From positions 1-41,630 of IMG/VR virus record IMGVR_UViG_3300015265_000006: a stretch of 41,630 bases of DNA. The stretch is one strand, 5' to 3'. The notes under the pieces were generated by a model, which did not search any database, had not been told where the DNA came from, and saw only the letters and a program-made list of their open reading frames with translations. Source of the DNA: a virus. The position numbers were made by a program, and so were the translations under genes. This document shows positions 1-7,587 of this stretch, one piece after another; within the stretch, counting starts at the first letter, position 1, and every line of letters starts with the position of its first letter.

Positions 1-123
1 CGCCACTACACCTTCCAAGAACTGCTCAACCGCATCGACCTCGAATACTGGCGCGTCGTTGAGCATGACGAGATGAACTACACCTTCATCCCAATCAAGT
101 ATTGGGGAGGCAACCCATGAAAC
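1..123. repeat. Terminal direct repeat, left copy (identical to 41508..41630). It indicates a circularly closed or permuted genome of about 41,507 bp.
   Basis: Read directly: cgccactacacc...caacccatgaaac occurs at both window ends. Confidence 0.95.
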
Positions 124-233
124 AACTCTTCTGGATTCTCGCCGCAGGCCTCTGCGTCCTGATGCTTCAGTACGGACTGTTCAAGGAGAACGGCGAGCCT
201 CGCGGTCTTCCTGTTGTGGCGGTGGTGAAATGA
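117..233 (+). CDS. Small hydrophobic protein (38 aa, MKQLFWILAAGLCVLML...), one predicted TM helix
   Basis: ATG overlaps the upstream stop (ATGA) and its stop overlaps the next ATG (ATGA). Below the ORF-track size cutoff. Confidence 0.4.
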   Translation: MKQLFWILAAGLCVLMLQYGLFKENGEPRGLPVVAVVK

Positions 234-421
234 GAAAGACCAAAGAAATGATGGATGCCACGCACAAGCGGCATGAAAAAACGCAGATTGACCCCGTCGA
301 GCTTGGTGAGACAGATGCAGAGGCTCATGAAAATGTCGTCTGTGCTCGCTGCAAAGGCGACGGGCTTATATGGCATCGCATGAACTCAGTGTTCATCGAT
401 TGTCCGGACTGCTGCCCATGA
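230..421 (+). CDS. Small zinc-ribbon-like protein (CxxC...CxxCC)
   Basis: 63-aa ORF with CARCKGDG and CPDCCP pairs. ATGA-coupled on both sides. Confidence 0.55.
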   Translation: MRKTKEMMDATHKRHEKTQIDPVELGETDAEAHENVVCARCKGDGLIWHRMNSVFIDCPDCCP

Positions 422-534
422 CCAACCAACAACGCGCCCGCCGCCTACTCCTCTGGCGCGGATCGTTCCCTGTACTCGCCATCTTCACCATCTGGATGCT
501 GGCCAGCGCCTACGTCGGTCAGCTCACTCAATAA
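418..534 (+). CDS. Small membrane protein (38 aa, MTNQQRARRLLLWRGSFPVLAIFTIWMLASAY...)
   Basis: ATGA overlap with the upstream gene. Basic N-terminus followed by a hydrophobic helix. Confidence 0.4.
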   Translation: MTNQQRARRLLLWRGSFPVLAIFTIWMLASAYVGQLTQ

Positions 535-543
535 GGAAGTCCC

Positions 544-1053
544 ATGCCACTCGATCCTCGGGCGAACGCCCCCGAGCGCATTGCTGCGCCAGCACCGCTG
601 CCACACGTCAGCCGCCGCGCACTCAAACGCGTGAAGAACCCAATCCCCGCGCCGACCTCTTGCCGCTACTGCGGCGATGACGTCCACCTGGTTTGCAACT
701 GTGAGATCTACAACGGCAGAACCTACGGCGACTGGCCGTATGCATATTTATGCCAAGGCTGTCGGGCTTATGTTGGTCTTCACCCGCAAACAGACATCCC
801 GCTCGGAACGCTGGCTGACGATAAGCTGCGCGCAACTAGAAATCGCAGCAAGAAAGCATTTCACGATTTCATGGAAAAGGCAGCGATGAGCAGGACAGCG
901 GCCTATCAATGGCTGGCCAAGCAGATGGGAATCGACGTCGGCGTTTGCCACTTCGGATGGTTTGACCACGAAGAGTGCGTATCCGCAGAGCGAATCGTCC
1001 AGAACGCCAGACCAAACACCGCAATGGCCCAAGCATTCGTAAAAGCCCAATAA
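544..1053 (+). CDS. Zinc-finger phage protein (DUF3268-like: CRYCG...CQGCRAYVGLHP...PLGTLADDKLR)
   Basis: 169-aa ORF. AAGGAAG Shine-Dalgarno sequence lies upstream. The two CxxC pairs and the following PLG.LA motif match my memory of this phage family. Confidence 0.65.
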   Translation: MPLDPRANAPERIAAPAPLPHVSRRALKRVKNPIPAPTSCRYCGDDVHLVCNCEIYNGRTYGDWPYAYLCQGCRAYVGLHPQTDIPLGTLADDKLRATRNRSKKAFHDFMEKAAMSRTAAYQWLAKQMGIDVGVCHFGWFDHEECVSAERIVQNARPNTAMAQAFVKAQ

Positions 1054-1093
1054 CCCGAACTCACACGCCGCCTGCATGGCGGGGAGAACCGTC

Positions 1094-1840
1094 ATGTCTG
1101 CACAAAATCAAGGCGTTGTACCGCTGAAACCAAAAAACCTCTCAGCTCGCATGGCTGAGCGCTTCGGCGTTGACCCTGGCGAGATGCTGGCGACCCTCAA
1201 GGCCACAGCATTCAAAGGCAATGTGACCGATGCGCAGATGCAGGCGCTGATGATCGTAGCCGACCAGTACTGCCTGAATCCTTGGACGAAAGAGATCTAC
1301 GCCTTCCCGGACAAGGGCGGCATCGTCCCTGTCGTCGGCGTTGACGGATGGGCGCGGATCATCAACGAGAACCCGGCATTCGATGGCATGGAGTTCTCGA
1401 TGGACAAGGACGGCACCGAGTGCACCTGCAAGATCTACCGGAAGGACCGCGGCCACGCCATCAGCGCGACTGAGTACATGGCCGAATGCAAGCGAGGTAC
1501 GCAGCCGTGGCAGTCCCATCCGCGCCGCATGCTGCGCCACAAGGCAATGATCCAGTGCGCGCGACTGGCATTTGGGTTTGCCGGCATCTACGACCAAGAC
1601 GAGGCCGAGCGGATCGTCACCAGCGACGCTCCTGCGCCTTCTGCTGACGCTGGCCCAGCAATCGAAACCATCCGTAACGCTCAGTCGATGGAAGAGCTGC
1701 AAGCAGCATTCACGGCGGCGTGGAAGGATCTTCCAACCGAGCGCGCCGCACTCACCAAAGCAAAGGACGACCGCAAGAAGGAATTGTCCGAGCCGGTCGA
1801 CGCCCAGTTTGAGGAGGTGCCAGATGCAACAGGGGAGTGA
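1094..1840 (+). CDS. recT: RecT-family single-strand annealing recombinase
   Basis: The sequence ...MIVADQYCLNPWTKEIYAFPDKGGIVPVVGVDGWARI...HPRRMLRHKAMIQCARLAFGF is typical RecT. GGGGAGA Shine-Dalgarno sequence precedes the 1094 ATG. The ORF-track start at 1076 is an alternative. Confidence 0.9.
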   Translation: MSAQNQGVVPLKPKNLSARMAERFGVDPGEMLATLKATAFKGNVTDAQMQALMIVADQYCLNPWTKEIYAFPDKGGIVPVVGVDGWARIINENPAFDGMEFSMDKDGTECTCKIYRKDRGHAISATEYMAECKRGTQPWQSHPRRMLRHKAMIQCARLAFGFAGIYDQDEAERIVTSDAPAPSADAGPAIETIRNAQSMEELQAAFTAAWKDLPTERAALTKAKDDRKKELSEPVDAQFEEVPDATGE

Positions 1841-2453
1841 AGAGTGGATTCGCGCGCGCTTGGGGAAAGTAACAGCCAGCAAGGTCAAGGACGTGATGAC
1901 CAAGGGGCGCGGCAAGGAGCCATCTGCAACCCGGCGCAACTACATGATGGATCTGCTTTGTGAGCGCCTGACTGGCAACCAGAGCGGCCCCGACCTGTCG
2001 CGCAATATTGCGGTTCAGCGCGGCACCGAACTGGAGCCAGTGGCGCGCTCGGCCTACGAGATCGACAAGGGGCTGATGATTCAGGAAGTCGGCCTGATCG
2101 ACCACCCTGTTATCGCCGGGTTCGCAGCTTCCCCAGATGGGGTTGTAGGCACTGGCGGCCTGATCGAGATTAAATGCCCACTTACCGCAACCCACGTCGC
2201 AGTGATTCAGGCCGGGAAGCACGACAGCCAATATGAGTGGCAGATGCTCGCCCAGATGGCCTGTACCGGGCGTGCATGGGTCGATTTCGTCAGCTTCGAC
2301 GACCGCATGCCAGAAGAACTGCAGTACGCCTGCTTCCGGTTCGAGCGCGACGACAAGCGCATCGCCGAGATGGAAGCTGAGATCAAAGCCTTTCTGGAAG
2401 AACTGGCGGAACTGGAACAGGAAATGCGGGGCCGAATGAGAGGTGCAGCATGA
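1824..2453 (+). CDS. YqaJ/lambda-Exo-like recombination exonuclease (PD-(D/E)XK)
   Basis: MQQGSEEWIRARLGKVTASKV... and ...GLIEIKCP... motifs. The internal ATG at 1824 overlaps the recT end. The 1572 track start is a spurious extension. Confidence 0.85.
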   Translation: MQQGSEEWIRARLGKVTASKVKDVMTKGRGKEPSATRRNYMMDLLCERLTGNQSGPDLSRNIAVQRGTELEPVARSAYEIDKGLMIQEVGLIDHPVIAGFAASPDGVVGTGGLIEIKCPLTATHVAVIQAGKHDSQYEWQMLAQMACTGRAWVDFVSFDDRMPEELQYACFRFERDDKRIAEMEAEIKAFLEELAELEQEMRGRMRGAA

Positions 2454-3094
2454 ACGCCTACATCAGCAGCGACATCAACATGGTCAAGGAGCTAGACCCG
2501 AAACGTCATGAGCTGGCCCTGCTGCAAGCGGACTGGCTTGAAAAAGGAGGGACTATTGAGGTGCTGGCCGGCCCGAGTTTCAAGCCGGCGCCGGTTCGAT
2601 ATGAGCCGCCGCCTACCAAGAAGGTGGTTAGGCAAGAAAAGATAGCGGCTACAGACACGCCATACATGGACAAGATCACCCGGCGCGACATGGAACGCGA
2701 GGAGCGAATCGCGCAACGGACCAAGGAAAAGGTCGACCATCTTGAGCGGATCCGAAAACTGTCCGAGACGATGACCTATGCGCAGGCCATTGAACAGACC
2801 GGGCTGACCAAGCGGCAACTTCAGCGTCTAGCAGTAGAAGGCGGATTCTACTTCCAGGCCGCCGAACATGGCAGCAACCCTCGCAAGGCGCGCCTGACCG
2901 AGGCGCAATGCGCAGCATATGCTGAAAGGCTCAAGTCGTTCAAAGAAATCGGCCTTACCCGCAACCAAGCAATGGGCAAGCTCGGCGTAACTTTCAAAAC
3001 CTTCAACAGGCTGCTTGAGCGATTCGCCATCGACTATCCGAAGTCTACAAGAGGGCCTCAACCGGCCTTCTTGCCGAAAACGCCGAAGCAGTAA
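2450..3094 (+). CDS. Hypothetical protein with two HTH-like segments
   Basis: 214-aa ORF, ATGA-coupled to the exonuclease gene. No family recognised. Confidence 0.6.
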   Translation: MNAYISSDINMVKELDPKRHELALLQADWLEKGGTIEVLAGPSFKPAPVRYEPPPTKKVVRQEKIAATDTPYMDKITRRDMEREERIAQRTKEKVDHLERIRKLSETMTYAQAIEQTGLTKRQLQRLAVEGGFYFQAAEHGSNPRKARLTEAQCAAYAERLKSFKEIGLTRNQAMGKLGVTFKTFNRLLERFAIDYPKSTRGPQPAFLPKTPKQ

Positions 3095-3111
3095 ATCAAA
3101 CTGGAGTAAAC

Positions 3112-3936
3112 ATGAATGAGTTGGCTCTTTTCGCTGGCGTTGGTGGAGGAATACTCGGCGGCCACCTCTTGGGATGGCGCACCATCTGCGCCGTTGAGCG
3201 TGATGCCTACGCAGCACAAGTTCTGGCGCAACGACAAAACGATGGACTCCTCGAAACTTTCCCAATTTGGTCTGATGTGTGCAGTTTTGACGGAAGACCA
3301 TGGCGAGGCCTTGTTGACGTGGTTTCGGGCGGATTCCCGTGTCAGGACATATCGGCTGCCGGGAATGGTGCCGGCATTGATGGCGCCAGATCAGGGTTGT
3401 GGCGAGAAATGGGCAGAATCATCGGCGAGGTACTGCCTGAGCTCGTCTACTTGGAAAACTCACCAATGCTTGTGGGAAGAGGACTTGCCCTGGTCCTCGG
3501 TGATCTTGCCGAAATGGGGTATGACGCGCAGTGGTGCATTGTTTCAGCATCCGACGTTGGAGCGCCCCATCAGCGCGACAGGATCTGGCTTGTTGCCACG
3601 CCACTGGCAGGGGACAGCCGGAGGGGGGGATTGCCTCTCGGAGCGGATGCGACGATCGCCAAGCCTAGTGTCGGCACAGAGAAATTGGCCAACACCAGTT
3701 GCAAGCATGGCGAAGGGATCATCGCCAGCAGCGCTGACAAGGAAGTCCGGAGCGGACAGGTCAAACGATCGGCTAGACCATGCGGTGATGGCTTCGGACG
3801 GTGGGCAGCTGAACCCGGAATGGGTCGAGTGGTTAATGGACTTCCCCATCGGGTGGACAGAATTAAAGCCCTTGGCAACGCTCAAGTTCCGCGAGTGGCA
3901 GCAACAGCATTCACCATCCTCTCGATCGACGACTGA
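3112..3936 (+). CDS. DNA (cytosine-5) methyltransferase, frame 1
   Basis: Motif I FAGVGGG (3130..3150), motif IV GFPCQDIS (PCQ 3337..3345), motif VI ENS (3454..3462), motif VIII QRDRIWLVA (from 3571), motif X ALGNAQVP (3868..3891). Confidence 0.8.
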   Translation: MNELALFAGVGGGILGGHLLGWRTICAVERDAYAAQVLAQRQNDGLLETFPIWSDVCSFDGRPWRGLVDVVSGGFPCQDISAAGNGAGIDGARSGLWREMGRIIGEVLPELVYLENSPMLVGRGLALVLGDLAEMGYDAQWCIVSASDVGAPHQRDRIWLVATPLAGDSRRGGLPLGADATIAKPSVGTEKLANTSCKHGEGIIASSADKEVRSGQVKRSARPCGDGFGRWAAEPGMGRVVNGLPHRVDRIKALGNAQVPRVAATAFTILSIDD

Positions 3937-3946
3937 CGCCGCATAA
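3116..3946 (+). CDS. Co-extensive +1-frame ORF (276 aa) over the methyltransferase gene. It carries NWPTP and LNPEWVEWLMDFPIGWT motifs.
   Basis: Its ATG lies 4 nt after the frame-1 ATG and its stop 10 nt after the frame-1 stop. There is no stop in 276 codons. The C-terminal motifs resemble the TRD/motif IX region of phage C5 methyltransferases. See findings. Confidence 0.3.
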   Translation: MSWLFSLALVEEYSAATSWDGAPSAPLSVMPTQHKFWRNDKTMDSSKLSQFGLMCAVLTEDHGEALLTWFRADSRVRTYRLPGMVPALMAPDQGCGEKWAESSARYCLSSSTWKTHQCLWEEDLPWSSVILPKWGMTRSGALFQHPTLERPISATGSGLLPRHWQGTAGGGDCLSERMRRSPSLVSAQRNWPTPVASMAKGSSPAALTRKSGADRSNDRLDHAVMASDGGQLNPEWVEWLMDFPIGWTELKPLATLKFREWQQQHSPSSRSTTDAA

Positions 3947-3988
3947 CAACTCCTTCCCTTTCAAAACCTCACCCATCCGGGAGGCCTT

Positions 3989-4150
3989 ATGTCATCCAAA
4001 GGAAGGCTCAGCGCCGGCTATTTGGAGTTGCACTACGGCTGCGAGATATGCGGCCGCCCGCGCACCAAAGGCAACCACGAACGCTGCTCGAAAGCACGCC
4101 AGCAAGAACACGCTAGGAGGAATAGCCATGACCACGAAACTGTCGCCTGA
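3989..4150 (+). CDS. Small basic Cys/His-containing protein (53 aa, MSSKGRLSAGYLELHYGCEICGRPRTKGNHERCSKARQQEH...)
   Basis: GGGAGG Shine-Dalgarno sequence 5 nt upstream of the ATG. Below the ORF-track cutoff. Overlaps the next gene by 23 nt. Confidence 0.4.
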   Translation: MSSKGRLSAGYLELHYGCEICGRPRTKGNHERCSKARQQEHARRNSHDHETVA

Positions 4151-4430
4151 CTCGATCGGGCTGATTTTCACGATGCACGCAGCCGGGCACCCTGCAGAAA
4201 ACATCGCTGATGCGGCCGGCTGCGCGTACTCGACGGTTATCCGCTACCTGAATGCGGCTGGGATCAAGTTGGGGAACAAGGGCAAGCCGCGCCAGTGCAC
4301 TGAGCAGTACCTCTCGATGGCGCAGAACATGCGCGCCAATGGCTCGACTTGGTACGAGGTGGAGCGGCACATCGGCTTCCACCGCTCAACGTTCCATGCG
4401 CGGCTCAGGGCCGAGAGGGCTTCGACATGA
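4128..4430 (+). CDS. Helix-turn-helix DNA-binding protein (two HTH-like repeats)
   Basis: 100-aa ORF with AGGAGGAA Shine-Dalgarno sequence. ...ENIADAAGCAYSTVIRYLNAAG... is a resolvase/Hin-type HTH pattern. Confidence 0.65.
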   Translation: MTTKLSPDSIGLIFTMHAAGHPAENIADAAGCAYSTVIRYLNAAGIKLGNKGKPRQCTEQYLSMAQNMRANGSTWYEVERHIGFHRSTFHARLRAERAST

Positions 4431-4494
4431 TCATCAAGTACGGACTGCTCTGCATCGTCACCTTCTGGCTTCCGCTGGGCTATTGGATCCTGTC

Positions 4495-4725
4495 ATGAGC
4501 GGCTGGATTGATTGCTGCGAAAGGATGCCAGAGGTCAATTTGAACGGCCCAAAGTACGCACAGCGCGTTCGGGTGATTGCCGGCAACTCCCGATACGTCG
4601 GCGAACTTGAGTACGGCACCAACGCCTACGCAGGCCGCGCTGACCTCCACTGGCAGCAGTCAAACGGCCGCGAATCTGTCTGGACGCCAACCCACTGGCA
4701 ACCGCTCCCGGAGTGCCCGAGATGA
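4495..4725 (+). CDS. DUF551-like phage protein
   Basis: MSGWIDCCERMPE...THWQPLPECP matches the DUF551 pattern (W-I...E-x-P-E ... THW-x-PLP). The internal ATG is chosen and the 4252 track start rejected. Confidence 0.7.
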   Translation: MSGWIDCCERMPEVNLNGPKYAQRVRVIAGNSRYVGELEYGTNAYAGRADLHWQQSNGRESVWTPTHWQPLPECPR

Positions 4726-4804
4726 CCCCTCAAACACTGTGCGCAATCTTCTTAGGTCTGGCCTGCCACGGTCTTCCGCAACTTATTCAATGGGGTATTG
4801 AAAA

Positions 4805-5323
4805 ATGGATGATGTGAAGCGTTACGGGATGAGCGGCTTTGGTGGCGGCATGATTGAAATGGACGATGGGCGGTTTGTTGAATCCGATGACTTCGACGCC
4901 CAACGCCTGCGCGCCGATACGGCTGAGGCTGAGCGGGATAAGTACCGCAAAGTGAACGATTCGCTTATGGCGCGGAATCTCGAATTGCAGGCCGCCGAGC
5001 AGCGCAATGCGGAGCTAACCGCCCTGCTGCGTGAAGGTATCGATGCTGTGGAAAGGCTCAGTACGACGCCTAAAGAATACAACCAAGAGCAATGGGTGGA
5101 TTTGCACGCATGGACTTCCAATGCTGACGCCGCCCTCAACCCCAAACCCGAGGCAGGAAGTCAATCGGACTACCTAGAGTCATGTAAAGCTGCCGAGAGG
5201 GCGTTAAGCCTTGAAAACCAGCGCATCCTTCCGGCGCGATTCAAGTGTTTGGCCTGCGGTGAATACCACGAAGGGTCGGGGAATCTGCCTTGCCCTAAAA
5301 CCATTCCCTACGCAGGTATCTGA
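4805..5323 (+). CDS. Coiled-coil hypothetical protein with C-terminal CxxC...C
   Basis: 172-aa ORF. No family recognised. Confidence 0.6.
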   Translation: MDDVKRYGMSGFGGGMIEMDDGRFVESDDFDAQRLRADTAEAERDKYRKVNDSLMARNLELQAAEQRNAELTALLREGIDAVERLSTTPKEYNQEQWVDLHAWTSNADAALNPKPEAGSQSDYLESCKAAERALSLENQRILPARFKCLACGEYHEGSGNLPCPKTIPYAGI

Positions 5324-5325
5324 CC

Positions 5326-5586
5326 ATGACCAATAACCCAACGACCGGCCCAGCTGACGATGAATGCGATCACAGCTACGCCAACAACATCGGCTGTCCA
5401 GAATGCGGTGAGCTGATGCAAAAGTCATGTGCATGCCCTGGCTGCGAAAAGCCGCGTAAAGGCGGATCACTCTTTTGTCCGCCGCACCAGCATTCGGATA
5501 GCCGGTTGCGCTTCATTGCGAAGACGCCAAGCCCGACCAATGTGCAGCTTGCTTACATGATGCAGCGCGATGGAGAACAGCAATGA
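5326..5586 (+). CDS. Small Cys-rich (zinc-binding-like) protein
   Basis: 86-aa ORF with CPECG...CACPGCEKP...C. Starts MTNNPT, as the next gene does. Confidence 0.55.
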   Translation: MTNNPTTGPADDECDHSYANNIGCPECGELMQKSCACPGCEKPRKGGSLFCPPHQHSDSRLRFIAKTPSPTNVQLAYMMQRDGEQQ

Positions 5587-6326
5587 CCAATAACCCAACG
5601 ATTGACGGCGTGTCGCTGGAGTTGCTTGCAAACTTCATCGAATACAGCGCGCCTATCAGCAGCACAGACCAGCAGTGGCACAGGGACAAACAGGCATTGC
5701 GCGCCCTGCTGGATGCCCCTGTCGTCGAGCGCCGGCCAGTGGACGACCCGCTGAGTCAAGGTTTTTACACCACACAGTCCGGTGGCGGTCATTACTCGAT
5801 CAACATCGGGTTCCGCACTTTGGCTGAAATGCAGGCCGCCGATAAGCAACTGCTCGACGTATTGCGTGATCGCTCCGAAGTCGCCGCCCTGCAATCCACC
5901 ATCGCCCAGCTACAGGCGCGCATCGCTGAGCTGAAGGGTGGGCAGGGTGAGCCGGTGGCGTATGCTGACCCGATAGCATTTGAAAACTTCAAGAATCACG
6001 CGCACAAGGGCGGTCACTGGGATCATGAGTGGATGTGGGCTAAACCTGATTCAAGAATGGTGCCGCTGTTCACCGCCCCGCCAGCGCCGGTCGCGGTAGT
6101 TCTTCCTCCGTTTGCCGAAAAGGTCATCAGCAAGTTGCGCCGATGCGAAGAGTGCTTCAGTGACTTTGAATCCTGCGGCGTAGACATCGGCCGGCATTGG
6201 CTGGACTTGCTGACGCAGCTCGGCCTGCTCAATCGAGTGCAGCGCAGCCCTGCAATGTGGGGAATCACTCAACAGGGCGAAGACTGCCTCGACGCCACCG
6301 CTGCGCCGAATGAGGTGCGGAAATGA
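5583..6326 (+). CDS. Hypothetical protein
   Basis: 247-aa ORF, ATGA-coupled. Central coiled-coil segment. Confidence 0.6.
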   Translation: MTNNPTIDGVSLELLANFIEYSAPISSTDQQWHRDKQALRALLDAPVVERRPVDDPLSQGFYTTQSGGGHYSINIGFRTLAEMQAADKQLLDVLRDRSEVAALQSTIAQLQARIAELKGGQGEPVAYADPIAFENFKNHAHKGGHWDHEWMWAKPDSRMVPLFTAPPAPVAVVLPPFAEKVISKLRRCEECFSDFESCGVDIGRHWLDLLTQLGLLNRVQRSPAMWGITQQGEDCLDATAAPNEVRK

Positions 6327-6371
6327 TCGCCCTCACCTGGTTCTACTTCGTCTACGTCCGCTGAGGCTCCG

Positions 6372-6533
6372 ATGAATTATCAGCCCAAGGGCGGCATGTG
6401 CGCGGCATGTGTTCATGCTCACCGCAACTGCAGCAAACTACCCTTCAGCACCATGCCGCCGCTATCCCGCGACGAACAGACCGTCATCGTTCGCTGCACT
6501 GACTTTCAGCGCCGCGCACAGCCTCAGTTGTAA
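6372..6533 (+). CDS. Small Cys-containing protein (53 aa, MNYQPKGGMCAACVHAHRNCSKLPF...)
   Basis: Hand-translated. Below the track cutoff. It fills a gap that otherwise only holds the implausible N-terminal extension of ORF 6409..6879. Confidence 0.4.
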   Translation: MNYQPKGGMCAACVHAHRNCSKLPFSTMPPLSRDEQTVIVRCTDFQRRAQPQL

Positions 6534-6585
6534 ACCCCTAGTTGACTACTTACTGCTTGCGATTTGTCGCGAGCGAGGAATCCCC

Positions 6586-6879
6586 GTGTCTGACTTACAA
6601 GTTATGGCGGCCGAGGCTGCACTAAAAAAGATGGTGGACAGCTCGCATTTCAGCATCTGCACGCTCGACAAAATCATCGAAATGATGGGTGTGAAGCCAG
6701 ACAGAGAGGCGTACAGAATCCTGAGCACCTTGCATTGCGTCGACTACAACCAAATGCGGCCAGAGCTTCTGCAAGCGCTGCCCGACCTGATCGCCACGGT
6801 ACTGCGCTCACCTTCGCTTGAGGCTAGCCGCATCAATATCGTGTCGGACGGTAAAGCCCTGCGAATCATCAAACACTAA
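6586..6879 (+). CDS. Hypothetical protein
   Basis: GTG at 6586 is preceded by GAGGAA. ATG 6604 is an alternative. The upstream part of track ORF 6409..6879 looks non-coding. Confidence 0.5.
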   Translation: MSDLQVMAAEAALKKMVDSSHFSICTLDKIIEMMGVKPDREAYRILSTLHCVDYNQMRPELLQALPDLIATVLRSPSLEASRINIVSDGKALRIIKH

Positions 6880-6921
6880 CCGCCCCCCCTGCTTGCCGCC
6901 CCGCGCGGCCGGAGCATCGCC

Positions 6922-7128
6922 ATGTCTCATATCGAAGAAAGAGAGGGCCGCCTATATGCGGTAGCAATGCTTGCATCTGCCGTTCACCTGCCGCGCTGCA
7001 TGTTTGATGAGCGCGGCCCAGTTGAAACGATGGCCTGCAATCTAGAACTCGCTGCTCAGGTAAGGCCGGCTGACTACGCCAAGGGGATCAATCAGGTATT
7101 GGAGGTAGTGCGCCATGGCAGCATATGA
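6922..7128 (+). CDS. Hypothetical protein
   Basis: 68-aa ORF in operon context. Confidence 0.5.
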   Translation: MSHIEEREGRLYAVAMLASAVHLPRCMFDERGPVETMACNLELAAQVRPADYAKGINQVLEVVRHGSI

Positions 7129-7327
7129 CATTCACGCACAGAACGCCGATGGTAGCCCGGGCAAGCTGCTCGACGTCATCGACCGCGTACCAGAACACCG
7201 CAAGGCCGGCCAGTTCGTCGAGTTCGACGGCGAGATGCACAAGGTCATGACGGGGATTCGCAATTTCATCATCGTCACCCAAGAGCGCTGGGCGCGGGTG
7301 GCGGCTGCTAGCTGGAGTAAATCATGA
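7115..7327 (+). CDS. Hypothetical protein
   Basis: 70-aa ORF. Overlaps its neighbours by a few nt. Confidence 0.5.
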   Translation: MAAYDIHAQNADGSPGKLLDVIDRVPEHRKAGQFVEFDGEMHKVMTGIRNFIIVTQERWARVAAASWSKS

Positions 7328-7587
7328 GCGACAAGATGCGGGAAGAGTTTGAGGCGTTTGCTTGTGCGCGGACTGGTGGGACTGCAGAGGAGATTGCTGC
7401 TGAGCGCCGAGAGGATTCTTACCAGGATGGCGACCTGGCTACAGGATGGTTTGTATGGAAAGCCTCCCGCGAATCGCTGGTGATACCTTCAAACTTTTGC
7501 GTCTACAAGTTTGAAGGCTGCCAATACTACGACGCCGATTCAGTTGATGAAGCCCTTGAAGATCTGGGCCTGAAGGTGAAGTCATGA
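7324..7587 (+). CDS. Hypothetical protein
   Basis: 87-aa ORF, ATGA-coupled on both sides. Confidence 0.55.
   Translation: MSDKMREEFEAFACARTGGTAEEIAAERREDSYQDGDLATGWFVWKASRESLVIPSNFCVYKFEGCQYYDADSVDEALEDLGLKVKS

Noticed and set aside
1572-1823. N-terminal 84-codon extension of the exonuclease ORF
   Set aside because: It overlaps recT out of frame and its composition is Arg/Ser/Pro-rich. The YqaJ-type N-terminus MQQGSEEW starts at 1824, right at the recT end.
1142-1939. 265-aa minus-strand ORF
   Set aside because: It is antisense to recT, which has an unambiguous RecT signature. It has no ribosome-binding site and a low-complexity product.
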